Source of the DNA: Lepidodermella squamata
Lineage: Eukaryota > Animalia > Gastrotricha
Length of the DNA: 64,000 nt
NCBI GenBank assembly: GCA_047495785.1
Contig: JBLDXI010000034.1
Span: 1,116,001-1,180,000, forward strand
Direction of reading: 5' to 3'
Positions 1 through 11,843 of this stretch are shown piece after piece; the first letter of the stretch is position 1, and each line of letters opens with the position of its first letter. The translations under genes were made by a program, and so were the position numbers. The notes below the pieces were generated by a model, which had not been told where the DNA came from, ran no database searches, and saw only the letters and a list, made by a program, of their open reading frames with translations.

Positions 1-1050
1 GCAGACTTGACAAGTTTTGAATATATCGGAAGCTTCCACTGGGTGAATCCAGATGACTCAATACCTAAGACTGGCCCACTATTTCTCAGGGTAGAAATAT
101 CACTCGCGAGGGACTCGTTTGTTGTTGGTCACTGTTTGGTCAGTTTTTCAGCTCTATCACTCATCTTCTTCGAACTGGTGTCAATAAAAATGGAGAAGGA
201 AACTATACGGAATAGACTGACGGAGATTATCCAAGCAGTGTCATGCGGCCTAATCGCAACTTTTCCGCTATGTTACCCAGCTCAGTTCGATAATTCATAC
301 TTTGATTCTTACTGCCGGTTTCTATCCTTCTCAATTCCAACCAGTTTTGGACTATTGATCTCTTCTCTGGTCCTCAAAATTGCTTTGACTTTGGGTTATC
401 GCCAATCGAAAGTTCTAGCTAGCCTAGCCGTTTGGAATTGCATTTCAGTGGGTGTTTCGTTGGCTGGGGCGCTGAACGGGTCTATTCTTAGGTCGGAGGT
501 TAAGGAATCGCAGTTCTACAAGGAAGAGATAGACACAGTCATGAGCAATATCTTTCAATTATGCGGCATTGCATCTAATGACTCATTGTTTCTTGCCGAG
601 ATCAGCCTTTTAGCAGCTTTAGTTTTCACTGCGTGTCTGCTTGGATTTCTAGTCCTACGCCATTCTAAAAGGCTGAAATTGTCTCAACCTAAGAATCCCA
701 AATCGAAAGTCTTGCCATCGGAGTCTTTGTCTAGGTTGGACACAGCAAACCGCGATCCTCCAATCAGCCAAGAATTGGATCTTAGAAGTGCGCTGAATGT
801 ACTTGTGGTCATTTCGGTAACTGCTGTAATGATGTTCGCGAGTTCACTCCTCGTTGGCAGAACTTCATCTTCGTTATACATCATACTTTCAACAAATGCT
901 GTTGCAGTAATTTTTAGCCATATTTTTACTCAGAGGAGAGGGACGTTGAAACGGCTTTGGCTCAAAGCCATATGTTGCAGGCAAATTAGGGAAATGCGCC
1001 CGAATACCGCATCTAACCGTCCGACATCAGTCGAGCTTGGATCCTGCTAA
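1..1050 (+). CDS. Class C (GABA-B-like) GPCR, 7TM C-terminal part; 5' end lies outside the window
   Basis: Open frame from the window edge with about 7 hydrophobic segments. C..L....FGL..S.L.LK resembles class C TM3, and W.NP...PKTGP precedes TM1 as in GABA-B-type receptors. An AU-rich ATTTA run follows the stop (~1087-1099). Confidence 0.55.
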   Translation, partial: ADLTSFEYIGSFHWVNPDDSIPKTGPLFLRVEISLARDSFVVGHCLVSFSALSLIFFELVSIKMEKETIRNRLTEIIQAVSCGLIATFPLCYPAQFDNSYFDSYCRFLSFSIPTSFGLLISSLVLKIALTLGYRQSKVLASLAVWNCISVGVSLAGALNGSILRSEVKESQFYKEEIDTVMSNIFQLCGIASNDSLFLAEISLLAALVFTACLLGFLVLRHSKRLKLSQPKNPKSKVLPSESLSRLDTANRDPPISQELDLRSALNVLVVISVTAVMMFASSLLVGRTSSSLYIILSTNAVAVIFSHIFTQRRGTLKRLWLKAICCRQIREMRPNTASNRPTSVELGSC

Positions 1051-1164
1051 ACAGCTTCATTCGATGTACTGATTCAAAATTGATAAATTTATTTATTTAC
1101 TGAAAAATAATTGTAACTTGAATTTAGCGATCCTAAAATCGTTTGTCTTCGAACAACTATCGAT

Positions 1165-1337
1165 GTTCTGCTTGGGAGAAAAGGAAAGATATGGAGATTA
1201 TTGCTACAGCATTTCTTTCAAAATATCCGAAACAGTCACTGCGAAACGTGAACGTCAGTAAATGAACAGTAAAACGGCGCCATTGGCCATGTCAGGCGTC
1301 CTGATATCGCAAATCGCAGAGAACACCTCGATTTTCC
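1165..1337 (-). pseudogene. Decayed fragment of the kynureninase 3' end and 3' UTR
   Basis: ttattgctacagcatttctttcaaaatatccg...cactgcgaaacgtgaacgtc...gcagagaacacctcgattttcc aligns, with indels, to ~18541-18731 of the intact gene and includes the stop codon. Confidence 0.85.
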
Positions 1338-1768
1338 GAAGTATCAAAGCTGTCTGAGCTCTTCTGGATTTCATAGAGAGCGGAACGATTTTTGCTTATT
1401 TGATTTTAAACGTAAAGGGAATCATTAAAATGCTGCCAAATATTTTATCTTTCACAGAGGCGAAATTCTACGGCGAAAGGGCAAGAATGCACATCTCACT
1501 ACTTGCATCTATTTGTATATGTATATGACTGAGCTTCTCTTCCTTGGCAGTTTTCAACCATCGTTTTTGTTCCAATAAAAAATCGAAGCAAAACAAAGCA
1601 AATAATTGAAATTTATGATTGCGATGAACAGCAAAATTTAAGCGAACTAGCGTGTGCCCCTGAAAACTCGCCCCAATCGCACAGGAAATTAAAGTACAAC
1701 ACATAGCTGGTGAGATATCTCTCGCCAGAGTGTTTAATTTTTCGCGAGAACGATCCTTGGTTTTTGCC

Positions 1769-4700
1769 ATGAATTGCAGCTTGATTTTTGTAGTCTTTTG
1801 TGTGGTTGCATGTACAACCTGCTTGGATGTTTCAAAGCTTCAACTGCCACGCTTGGACGAACTGATCGCATTCTGGCCTATGGACGCATACTCCGGTCTT
1901 AATGGGTACACGCGAACAAACAAAGAGCTTCAACCCCTTCGATCAAACAGCACAGCTAAATTTCGCCGGAACAAATTGGGAAATACTGGCTACTACGTGA
2001 TAAAAGAAACGAGACTAGCAAGTTATTTGGCACCTGAGATTCCCAGCTCGTTCACGGTTTCCTTTCATGCTGATAGCAATATCGGCGAAAGCTTTCGGAT
2101 TGTATTTGAAGGCTTATTTGAGATTACGGATTACGTGCACACCACTGGCATTCGTCTGAGAACAGGGCCAAAAAGTTGGTATCCCATAGAACGTCAACCA
2201 ATAGGAATAGATGGTAACACCGATGGCCGAATGGTAGCTGTCACCTACGACCAGCAATCGAACACCGCTATATTCTATCGAATAAGTAATATAAAGCACA
2301 AACTTTCCAGCGAAAATTTTACAATTGGGGCGCAACTTTACACTAATCATACATCGCGAGAATTTGTTATTGGCGAAAGGGACGATATAGCGAAGGAGCG
2401 TCAAATATCTTGTGTCTCACTTTACAAAACCGCCTTGACAGAGGCTGAAGTTAAAGAATTGTTTCTCACGCCTTGCCGGAATGCTTTCAAGATATCAATG
2501 GGCGAAATCGACGGAATAGACATGACGGAGATCCCACGACGGAAGAATCTCATCGGATTTTGGCCGCTTTCTTTTGATTCGAACCTGCTCGGCTGGGACG
2601 GAGCTGGTAACGTCATCGTGCCTCGCCAGCCCAGTTCTTACAGCGCGAAGCAGGAGAAGTTTGAAGGGCCATATGCGCAAGGCAGTGTTTCGATGAACCT
2701 ACCCGACCCAAGACGTAATTTAGCTGGTGGTATGGTGGCTTACGACGGCTTGCCAAGACCACTCTCTCATTTCACACTCGCGTTCTACATGAAATCTTCG
2801 ACTTGCGGTACGGATGGGCACGGTGTTCTCACCATTCTAGGTTTCCTTACCGTTTATTGTCCTCCGCAGAGCTCTAACCCATATCCCTATCTCATGTTCG
2901 ATCATATTATTTCCGGGTTCTCGCTAACAGATTTCATGCCGGGAATATTCCCTATTGAATATAAGCACATCGGAACATGGACGTTCTTTGGCATCTCTAC
3001 GAACGCCCTTGAAGGAAACACCACGTTACACTCGCTTGCTGTCAACCACGCGCTGAAACTCACATCAGAGGGTGAGTTCATTGTTTCAAATCGATTAGAC
3101 AAAACCCATAGCATGCCCTTCTCTTTCTCGTTTTGCTCTCTTGCTACCTCTTGCTCGCGTCTGTGAACGTTTTACTAGGTTCTGATTCCGATTTTTTTGC
3201 GAAGAAGCTCACTGGAAAAAAGTAGTCACTCAGGCTTTTGCAGCGCTCACCTTATAACTCAATTCGGTTTCCAAACTCATGAAACTCAGCACGCGACATG
3301 AATTTGGATCCCTAACTTGGAGACATGAAATGCAAGGACTTTTGCGACAGGAATTCACGTTTTTTCATGAAAGCTTGTAAATCATAGGCTTGATTTTCAC
3401 GCTTTTCAAATAATTATAATTTAATTAACTCCACTTTTCCTCGGCCCTTTTCCTGACCGTCTCACCCGGAGCCTGTAATACTCACTCAGCAATATGAATT
3501 ACGAACCAAAACATGATTTACCTGTACTTGCACAAACGATTTTGCGCAGCGCAATATTGAGTGAATCTAGCAGAAGAAATGAACATGGCAACATTGATTG
3601 ATTGATTTTAGCCTCATTTTATCATTTCATCGTAACCGAAGGTCCGAACTTGAAACTCGCCAATCTTAGTAATTTCAACTCGAATCGTACGCTCGAAATA
3701 TCGCAGAAAACAGGGTCTGAAATCAGTCTTTGATGCCAGGGTGCTTTGTCTTCAATTTGCTGTATTCAATTTTCCGATTCAAATCGATCCCGCTTGAAAA
3801 ATTGAGTTTGTGCAAACAATTTTGTGCAACTGCATTTGTGCAAGTGCTTTTGTGCAAAATCGTTTGTGCAAGTACAAAATGTTAATAGACCCCCCCCCCC
3901 CCCGCCCAAAAAAAATGCGAAAAAGTGGTTTTTTTTCTGAGGATTCAAGGGTCGAACCATCACACACGTTCCGATGATCACTCAGCCATTCAATCCTCAC
4001 ATTCGCCAGAAATAGAAAACAAATCATAATTGAACTGTATAGTCTTCATGTTAATTGTAGGCCTAATAGCCCCAAAGGATCATCTTAAAACAAATGACTG
4101 TACTGTAAATTTTCCGCAGAAAGCTATTCCTACGTTAGGCAGCATCCCATCGACGGCGTATGGATAGATAAACTTTCGATGGAAATAGGCATTGGTTATG
4201 AGAAGCGCCACAATGATTTGTATCGACATAAAGACACGCAATTCGCTTGCTTTTATTTCTACAACGTCGCACTGAGCACTGACGAAGTCTTCAACTTGAG
4301 CAATGCATGTGGTCGACTTGTCTCCCAGAATACAACCTTCTCGAGAGGCAACTCCATCGCAGAGCGAATGGTCCCAGTCTTCGATACTCCGCAATACGAT
4401 CACATCGACAACATGACAGCTATTCAACAAAAATGTGGCTACTTCAACGCTTCAGTGTACGCTCCTCCAAGTTACGAAACATTATCGAATTATGAGGCTC
4501 CTCTCAAGGTGCAAGTTGGCTTTCAAGTAACGGGATTGAACGAAATAGATACAGTTAGCGAAATTATAACTGTGAAAGCTCTGATGGTTCTTTATTGGCG
4601 AGTGGAAACATGCCCTTGGCTGTCATCGTCCACCCTCCCAACCGGTAGAAACTTCGAGACCATTTACATCGACAATCTCAGCAATTTATGGCTACCGAAG

Positions 4701-5549
4701 ATTCGCTTTCTATCAGCAGCCAACTCGAACCTACAAATGAAAGACATGATCATCAATGACGATTACTTGATGATGATGTCTTCTAAGGTGCCAACTGTTA
4801 ACCGAACATTCGAATTTTATTGGTTAAAAGAAGGTCTGTTCGTAGCAAGCTGCAAGCTATCCCTACAGTTGTTTCCATTCGACACCCAAACTTGCAGCTT
4901 CGAATTTTCCCTCGAGCGAGACATTGACCTTGTTCGTGTTGATAACAAAACCCTTCTATTTGATTTCAAGCATTCACAATCCGGGGACAGCTGGACATTG
5001 GTCTCGACCAATAATTCGACAGATCAGGTTTTCTACAAGGGCTTTTACGTTTCTACATTCAAATTTACGGCGGTGCTACGAAGGAATCCAAGGTATTACA
5101 TAAAGAATTTCGCCATTCCATCATCGACCATCGCCTCCCTCAATTTGTTCTTATTCTTGATGCCACCAGATGTACCAGATCGAGCTGCTTTTTCAGTCAC
5201 GGTTCTTCTAACCATCACTGTCATGCAGAGCGCAATTTTGGCTGAGGTTCCGAAAAAGCCTTACGAAACTCTTCTCGGCAAGCTGGTTCAGGGTCTGACT
5301 TGGTTTTGCATCGCAGCGACCATCTACAGCCTGGCGATTCTATGGATTGCCGCGTCGTACTACGATCCTAATGTCCCAACAAGGCCTCAAAAGCGGTTCC
5401 TTAATGGGAGAATTAGTTTGGTTCGTGTTATTGATTTCCACTTTTTGATATGTGGCATTATAATATTCTTTCTGGTTCATATTTTTATTCTTCGCCACGA
5501 GGATTTGGATTATGACTTAGTCATAAGATCTTTTAATATTGTCGCATGA
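1769..5549 (+). CDS. 2x LamG/ConA-like domain + Cys-loop pLGIC subunit, copy 1; join(1769..3071,4120..5549), ~910 aa
   Basis: Signal peptide, then two repeats of LI(A/G)FWP...C.(S/Y).Y..AL...EV..L...C. Phase-1 intron G|GTGAGT...TTTCCGCAG|AA keeps frame. LWLPKI loop A, Cys-loop CKLSLQLFPFDTQTC (C-x13-C), LRR.P.YY pre-M1, four TM segments. Confidence 0.9.
3523..3876. mobile_element. MITE-like foldback inside the intron of pLGIC copy 1
   Basis: 26-bp inverted repeat tgtacttgcacaaacgattttgcgca / tgtgcaaaatcgtttgtgcaagtaca, with internal tttgtgcaa subrepeats. It partly explains why this intron is longer than in the paralogs. Confidence 0.6.
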
Positions 5550-6049
5550 AAGCTGTTACATCTGTAATTTTCAGTATTTCTCTTATGCTCTTTCTTTTTT
5601 CCACTGTGAACAAATAAGTTGCGAGTTGAAAAATGCTAAACAATATCCGAGGAGTTTCCTTAATCAACTTTCACTTGTCAAAGTAGCTATCCCCAATAGC
5701 TTTTTTGTAGCTATTTATAGCACACGCATAGTGTGTTATATCGCGAACGCCCTGCTCCCTGCTGTAACATGACCCTATATTTATCTTTGTTAAGCAATGA
5801 GCATTCAGCATTCAAAGTATATAATTGATTCGTAGGAGCATGTAGCGCATGGTACTGCAGAAGAGACCTCAGGCTTGCTTCCGGCTCGCGGAAGCAAGCC
5901 AGCCTCAAGTCAAATATCGGAGTACAATGACGTGTTATCTTCGACGCGTGACGTCCAGAAATCATTTAAAATAAATTTGCAAAAATCATTGCGTTTCATT
6001 CTTCCTTCGATGTTCGTTTTTGAATTCACTCATCATGTAGGTGAATAGT

Positions 6050-6790
6050 AAGTTCGCACTCGCAAATTCGTAACGGGACATTTCGTAACAAGCTAGGTAT
6101 CTTTTCGTGACACAATTTCAAATTAAAATAATTATTTTTGAATTAATTTTGTGATCTTTTCGTAACAAATTAAACCAAAAGAGTGATCGATTCGTAACGC
6201 TTTCATTTCGTCAATATGACAACATCTCAGAGGTGTTAGTAACAGGTGGAATCAAATCATAATGAATGCAGTAATTAGTCGTGGCCCTGCTCTTCGTCGC
6301 TTAACTCAGCTACTTCACCATCATCAACGACAAAAAAACAAAACTTTTTGTTTATTTCATTGTTACCTCCCTCGGCAAAGTTATTGGTTCGCTTGTCTAA
6401 GCCATGAACATTCCAGCATGCTGCGCCAATGCGAAACCAGAAAGTTTCAAAGTAAACGAAAAACTGGTTCAGCTCGCCATGTTGCGGTGTGCCTCTTCGC
6501 GTACTTTGGAAAAAGCAGGTCGAACGTCGTTAATGGGCAGCAAAGCCAGGGCCATGCACCTTCGAACCGCTTTGCGCACAAAGGAGCCAGGCTCAACGTA
6601 CTCGTTCCACAACTTGAGATTGACCACTTGTTTCAAAATCACTTGGCAAAGGTGGAATAAGCAGCCAATAGTTGTTACAAAAATAGCTCGAAGACTGTTG
6701 TGCAATGCAAGTTTGAAGTCGCAGGTCACTTGGGTAACTACCGGGCATCTACCTGGGTCTTCTCTGATTGAACACGACCAGCGTGTCACT
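6050..6790 (-). mobile_element. Mutator (MULE) transposase relic with ttcgtaac subterminal repeats
   Basis: GCLFHLCQ...VRRCMALALLP matches the MULE CxxH region. ttcgtaac recurs at ~6067-6198. Confidence 0.7.
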
Positions 6791-8639
6791 CAGCGATTCT
6801 CAAACCTTTCGAGGCTGTGCGAGGCTGAATCTAGTTGTTGTAATTGATTTTTATTGGTCAGCAAGCTCAAATAATTGAGAAAATTCGAGCGAAGTACGAA
6901 AATACGAGCGAAGCGAGGACATTCTTAGACATTTTCCACAAAAATCCGTCCATGAACCCCTGAAAATGACAATCAAACGGTTATTCCTAATTCTTAAAAC
7001 TTAGCTCACGCAATCAAAACTCCGTGTGCCACGCTTGGCACACGTGTCAGGGTTTGAGAACCACTGGTGTATCTTAAAAGCTCCCGCTCATTCTTGAACG
7101 TTTGATTACAAATCTTGCAAAGCATCTCAAGCTAAAACACCACTAATGAAGGATTAGCTACGTTATTCAGTTTCTGTATCTGTCATATCACGCGTTTACG
7201 TGTGCCGTTGATACGAATTGATCCCCATTCTTTATTTTTATTTACCCTTGTTATGAAAAGATCACCACTCTGGAATTCAGGGTATAATACCGACCGTTTT
7301 TTTTTGTTGAAAACCCACCCACCGGTATAAACCGGTTTAAACCGGTGAAAAAACCGGTTTTTTACATATGCTAAAATCACTGAAATGTCATATTCGACAT
7401 AACCAGAGCTCGCTAGCACTTGGTCCTATAGAGATTTGGACTGCACCATGTGATTCTACGTGAAAAACTACATAGTTTGACATATCACACGGCCATTTTT
7501 CTCACCTGGAAGAAAAGAAAATTCTTAATGCATTAAAGCAATAAAAAAAACTAAAAAAACGCAGTTATCTCCGGAAGTATGATGATTGGTTAAATTCTGA
7601 AAACGGATTCTGATCCGCCGTGAAAATTTACCCCCCCCCCCCACGGGTTTCTAAGGGGGGTTTCAACGACAAAGGAAGCGGTTTTGCCGGTTTTATTTTA
7701 AAAATTCAATCGCCATGAAAATTTGGTATCTTAGGTAGAATTTGCCGCTGAACATGATGGTGACATTGAATCACCCGCATCAGGTATCTATTATCGTTTA
7801 TCGATTATTGGTAACTGATCGAGTGATCGATTTTTCAAAATTTAGCTCAATCGATGTTATGTGATACAGTGTAGTCTTTCTTAAGTATTTCAGCTGTGCG
7901 GTATTGATCCTGTGGACGTAATGACTCTTAGACGACTTCTGGCTTGCTGTTATCTATGAAAATGTGAGCTTTTTTGCGTGAAAACACAAAACACCCCAAA
8001 AACCGCGGTTTTTCAGGCCCAAAATCAGCCGGTTTGCTGAAAAGACAGTGATCCATGTTCGATTCGGCCATGCGTAACCGAATGCCTGCAGTGCGGTGCA
8101 AGACGTCAACTGTTTGTCGTCTGCCGCCTCGCACCTATTACAGGTGAAAATAAGTGCTCAAAATCAACCCTCAGAAATTCTTCTTCTGGGAGGCACGTTA
8201 GATAGTCAATATAAGTCATTTAGTTTGTCATCAAGTCTTTTTCCTACACTGTACCTATGCCCTTTTCAATAAAAGAAAGGTGAAGCTGTAGGAGCATCGT
8301 CGTCCCCGCTTCAATTAGTGGTGATCGAACAGCCTTCGGATGATTCGGTTCATAAGCTTGGCCAGCTGCACCTGTCGAGCAGCTCCAATCTCGTGTGGTC
8401 AGTTTCCTTAGCCGGCAGGTCAGTTACAATGCGGTGTTTCGCAAGGGTCCCCGCTATCTCCGCTCATCTGCAGCAGCGACCTGCTCCGCTGAGCGAATGC
8501 ACCTGGGACCTCCCTGGACGCCTATGCCGCCAGCACGGGCGCTACCTTTGTCGAGGCTCAGGCGAACGCCCAGAACGAGGTCGATCGAATCGCCGCCTGG
8601 GCCTGCCTTTGGCGCCAGCATTTCAATGCCTCCAAAAGC

Positions 8640-8880
8640 GAAGTAATCGCTTTCTCTCGACGACGAATGAGAAGAAGATTCTCCAATGTTTTATTGACTT
8701 CTGCAAAGACGCGAGCTTGCCGATAAACCGGACTTCTTTAAAGGAATACATGGGCCGTACTGTTGAGATGGCGGAGATCCAAACATTCTTAAAAGGCTTA
8801 AACGCACCTCTAAAGCTGTGATCCAATATGCCCAAGGGATGGTCGAGGAGATCGAATTTCAAGCTGGAAATTAACTTAAA
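8640..8880 (+). mobile_element. Possible pogo/Tigger CENP-B-type HTH relic
   Basis: LSTTNEKKILQCFIDFCKDASLPINRTSLKEYM resembles a CENP-B HTH by eye only; it is interrupted by a stop. Confidence 0.3.
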
Positions 8881-8949
8881 CTTTGAGTGCTAACATGCAT
8901 TTCCCAAAGCTCTCTATCTGTTTTAGAGATATTCTGCTTGGAATAAATA

Positions 8950-11700
8950 ACGAGTGAAAATAAATGCGCTACTAAAACGAGTGTAAACTGTTACGAAATC
9001 AGTGAAACTGCTGAAAGCGTGTAAATTGCTTATAAATCACGCAAAGTGCGCGCATTTTGAATAATGTACCTCTAAATAGAACAACTGGCTGTTAAAACGC
9101 GGACAACGGCCAACTTTTATTAGAACGGAAAAAAAGAACGAAGAAATGTTAATTTTTCCGCTGTTTTTTAGAGGCAGTGAACGAATTGTCATTAGTAGCA
9201 GCAGTAGTAGAAGCAGTAGTAGTAGTGGAGACCGATCGCTTAACAGCCGATCGCTTAGCAGGCTTAGCAGGCCGGCCGGCCTCAGTGGAAATCGATCGAG
9301 CCACACGATCTGCCGGCTGCCGGCTGCTCTAACAAGGCTTTGACCGCCTTCTTCGACCGGCTCAATGGCCTCGAATTTAGGCGGAACCGTCACCAAGTTC
9401 TGGCGGATACTCATCCCAAGCGAGTGATGGCAAATGTGGCGCTTTTGAAAGTCCGAGCATGAGCATTTAAAATGCGAATGAAGGCAATCGCCAGTTGCAA
9501 CGAAATCTTCACATGGGCACGCGGGCGCCATGATTTTGGTGAGAAGGCAACGCTCTCGCACGAAAACTTTGAAATCGTCGAAATCCGCCCACTTCAGCGA
9601 TTTCATTTGTCGTCGGTAGGTGTTAGCTTCAGTTTTGGTGATCGCAGACGCATTTGACCATCTGAAAACATAATAAGACTGATGTTCGAACTCGACTTGC
9701 TTGATCTTCTGGTCGCTCCAGTGGACCGCATCCAGCCAAAGAGCATCAGTGACTGAGGGCGCAACGAAAAATTTCTTGCAATTAACGTCTTCGATGTCTC
9801 GGTTTCTAGACCACGCAGGCAAAACGCGCTCGACAAATAAAGCCAGCAGTTGAGCAATGGGCAGCCGCTCGCGAAGGGTAAATTGTCGCTTCAGCAACTC
9901 ATTGTAGGATTCATTTCCGTTGTTGGTAGAAGGATCGCCATCAGCAAACCCTTCGAACCAGGTATTTCGCACGGAATTATCGAGCCATTCCTCGCGGAAA
10001 TACTCGGCAAAATCCGGCGCCAACTCAGCCCATTTGTCAAGGAACAGTTGCGAAGATGCAGCGAACATAGCCGTGCTGCGGCTAAGCTGGATAATATCGA
10101 TGTCAGCGCGTAATTCCTCACGAAGTTCAGCTGGTGCCAAACAGAACCGCTTGTCGCAGTTGCGCAGCACGTGGGCCCAGCACATGACCTGTTTCACACT
10201 TCACACCAGGGAACTCTTCGTCTGCCGCATTAGCAATAGCAGTCGCCCCATCGCGCACGATAACTGAAGGGGTCGGCATTTGAGTACCTAAGTAAACAAG
10301 AGTCAAGAGAGTCAAGAGTGTGCGAACACATAAACAAACAACTCACTCATTACACGGTCATAACCGGATTTCATGGCCTTGAAAATCGCTTTGAAGTCGT
10401 CCTCGGTCTCACCGGATGTCAAGGCGAAGTGATTATCTTTATCAGATGTCCCTGCGAGCATTACAGGCAAATTCTTCCAGTTCAACTTGTGGGTAGCATC
10501 GATATGAAGAGGCCCTTGTGATGGCTGATGAGGCGCGGCGTGGAAAGAACGAGACGGAACTCCTGCTTCCGCTTGCCTTCGGTCGGTTTCACTTCGAGTT
10601 TCATCACGAATGGCTTATCTAAATCATTCTTGTCGATTTCGCTGTATTTTTCGGCAAAATCGTAAAAGTCAGATAACTGGAGTGTTCGTTTTGTTCCCAT
10701 TTTTCACTTTGCGTAATTCATACTTGATTTTCTCGTCTTTAATCGTCTTCATTCGTTCTGCGCCGAATTTGTGTGTCAGAAAATGTTTGACCTGCCCAGG
10801 TTTCGTCAAACCACCTTCCAAGTAAGCCTCCCTAATCCTTTGGATGAATTCTTCCGCCAAACCTCGGGTTTTGTTTCTTGATAAATTAAATTAAAAAAAA
10901 ACTAAAAAATATTTTGGAATTTTGTAAACTAGGTATTATAAATATTTTTAATGTTTTTAAATAATTCTAAAATATCAAATAAATTTATAAAAAATTACTT
11001 TGTGTGAGTGTGTTGGCGGTCGTTGACGTAAACTGACACGTCCATGCAATCGGCATGTAGCAGGTAATGAATTTGTGAAAAACACTGCTTATTTTCGCCT
11101 CGACGGCATTTAGAGCAGTTTTTCTATCGCTTCTCGCCGTCAGCGGTGCGATTGCTTTGACCAGTGGTCCATTTGGCGTCTGGGTTCAGCTTCGTGGCGT
11201 AAATTGATGCGTCTTCCAGTGAAGCAAAGCGACCAGCAAGGCGCCAACATTGTTCGCCGCCTCTCACACCGCCGCGCTGCGAAGCCCCCATGTCTTCATC
11301 ATCGCCTTGATCGCTCGAATCCTGGTCATTCTCCTGGTCCTCATTCGACGACGAGTCGCCTTCAGATGAGCTGAGCTGCTCATTTTCATCATCAAAAAAA
11401 TTTGTTGCCATCATAAACGTCTAGGTGAAATTCTGAGAGCGTGAAAAATAGTAATAACAGGAATTACTCGTTTTAATGGTAAAAGTACATAAAAATAGGA
11501 GCGAATTGGCGGATTAACATCAGTTTCATCAAAATACAAGCCCTCCACCATATTTAGCGTCACATTTTGCTGTTTATCAGCACACCTGACGTTTCGTGCG
11601 CACTTTGACCTATTATGTAACACTTCGCGCGAAATAATAGCAATTCGCGTGCCTGTTTTAGTAGCAGTTTTACCGTTTATAGAGTGTCAATCGCACGCAC
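8950..11700 (-). mobile_element. Degenerate intron-containing MULE transposon with SWIM finger
   Basis: Acidic N-terminus (11414), C..C...HTH zinc-ribbon segment behind a premature stop (11124), HIDATHKLNW (first catalytic D, ~10500), VRDGA (second D), MCWAHV (CxxH), STNNGNES (E), SWIM CSC...ICHH. Several frameshifts. Weak inverted similarity between ~8960-9050 and ~11590-11690. Confidence 0.85.
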
Positions 11701-11843
11701 CCATAAATAACACGCTGAGCTCACTAGTGTATTTTTTGCTAAAAATTGTGAGTGGCGTAAGTCTGATTTTTACTCGCGAGAATGAACAAGTGTGCAGAAA
11801 ATTTAAATTGCCGTGAGCGCATTGTTGATTTAGCAATTAGGAA

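Noticed and set aside
1730-3166. Stand-alone 478-aa ORF separate from the 456-aa channel ORF
   Set aside because: A conserved phase-1 GT-AG intron in all four paralogs joins them, and the second LamG-like domain spans the junction.
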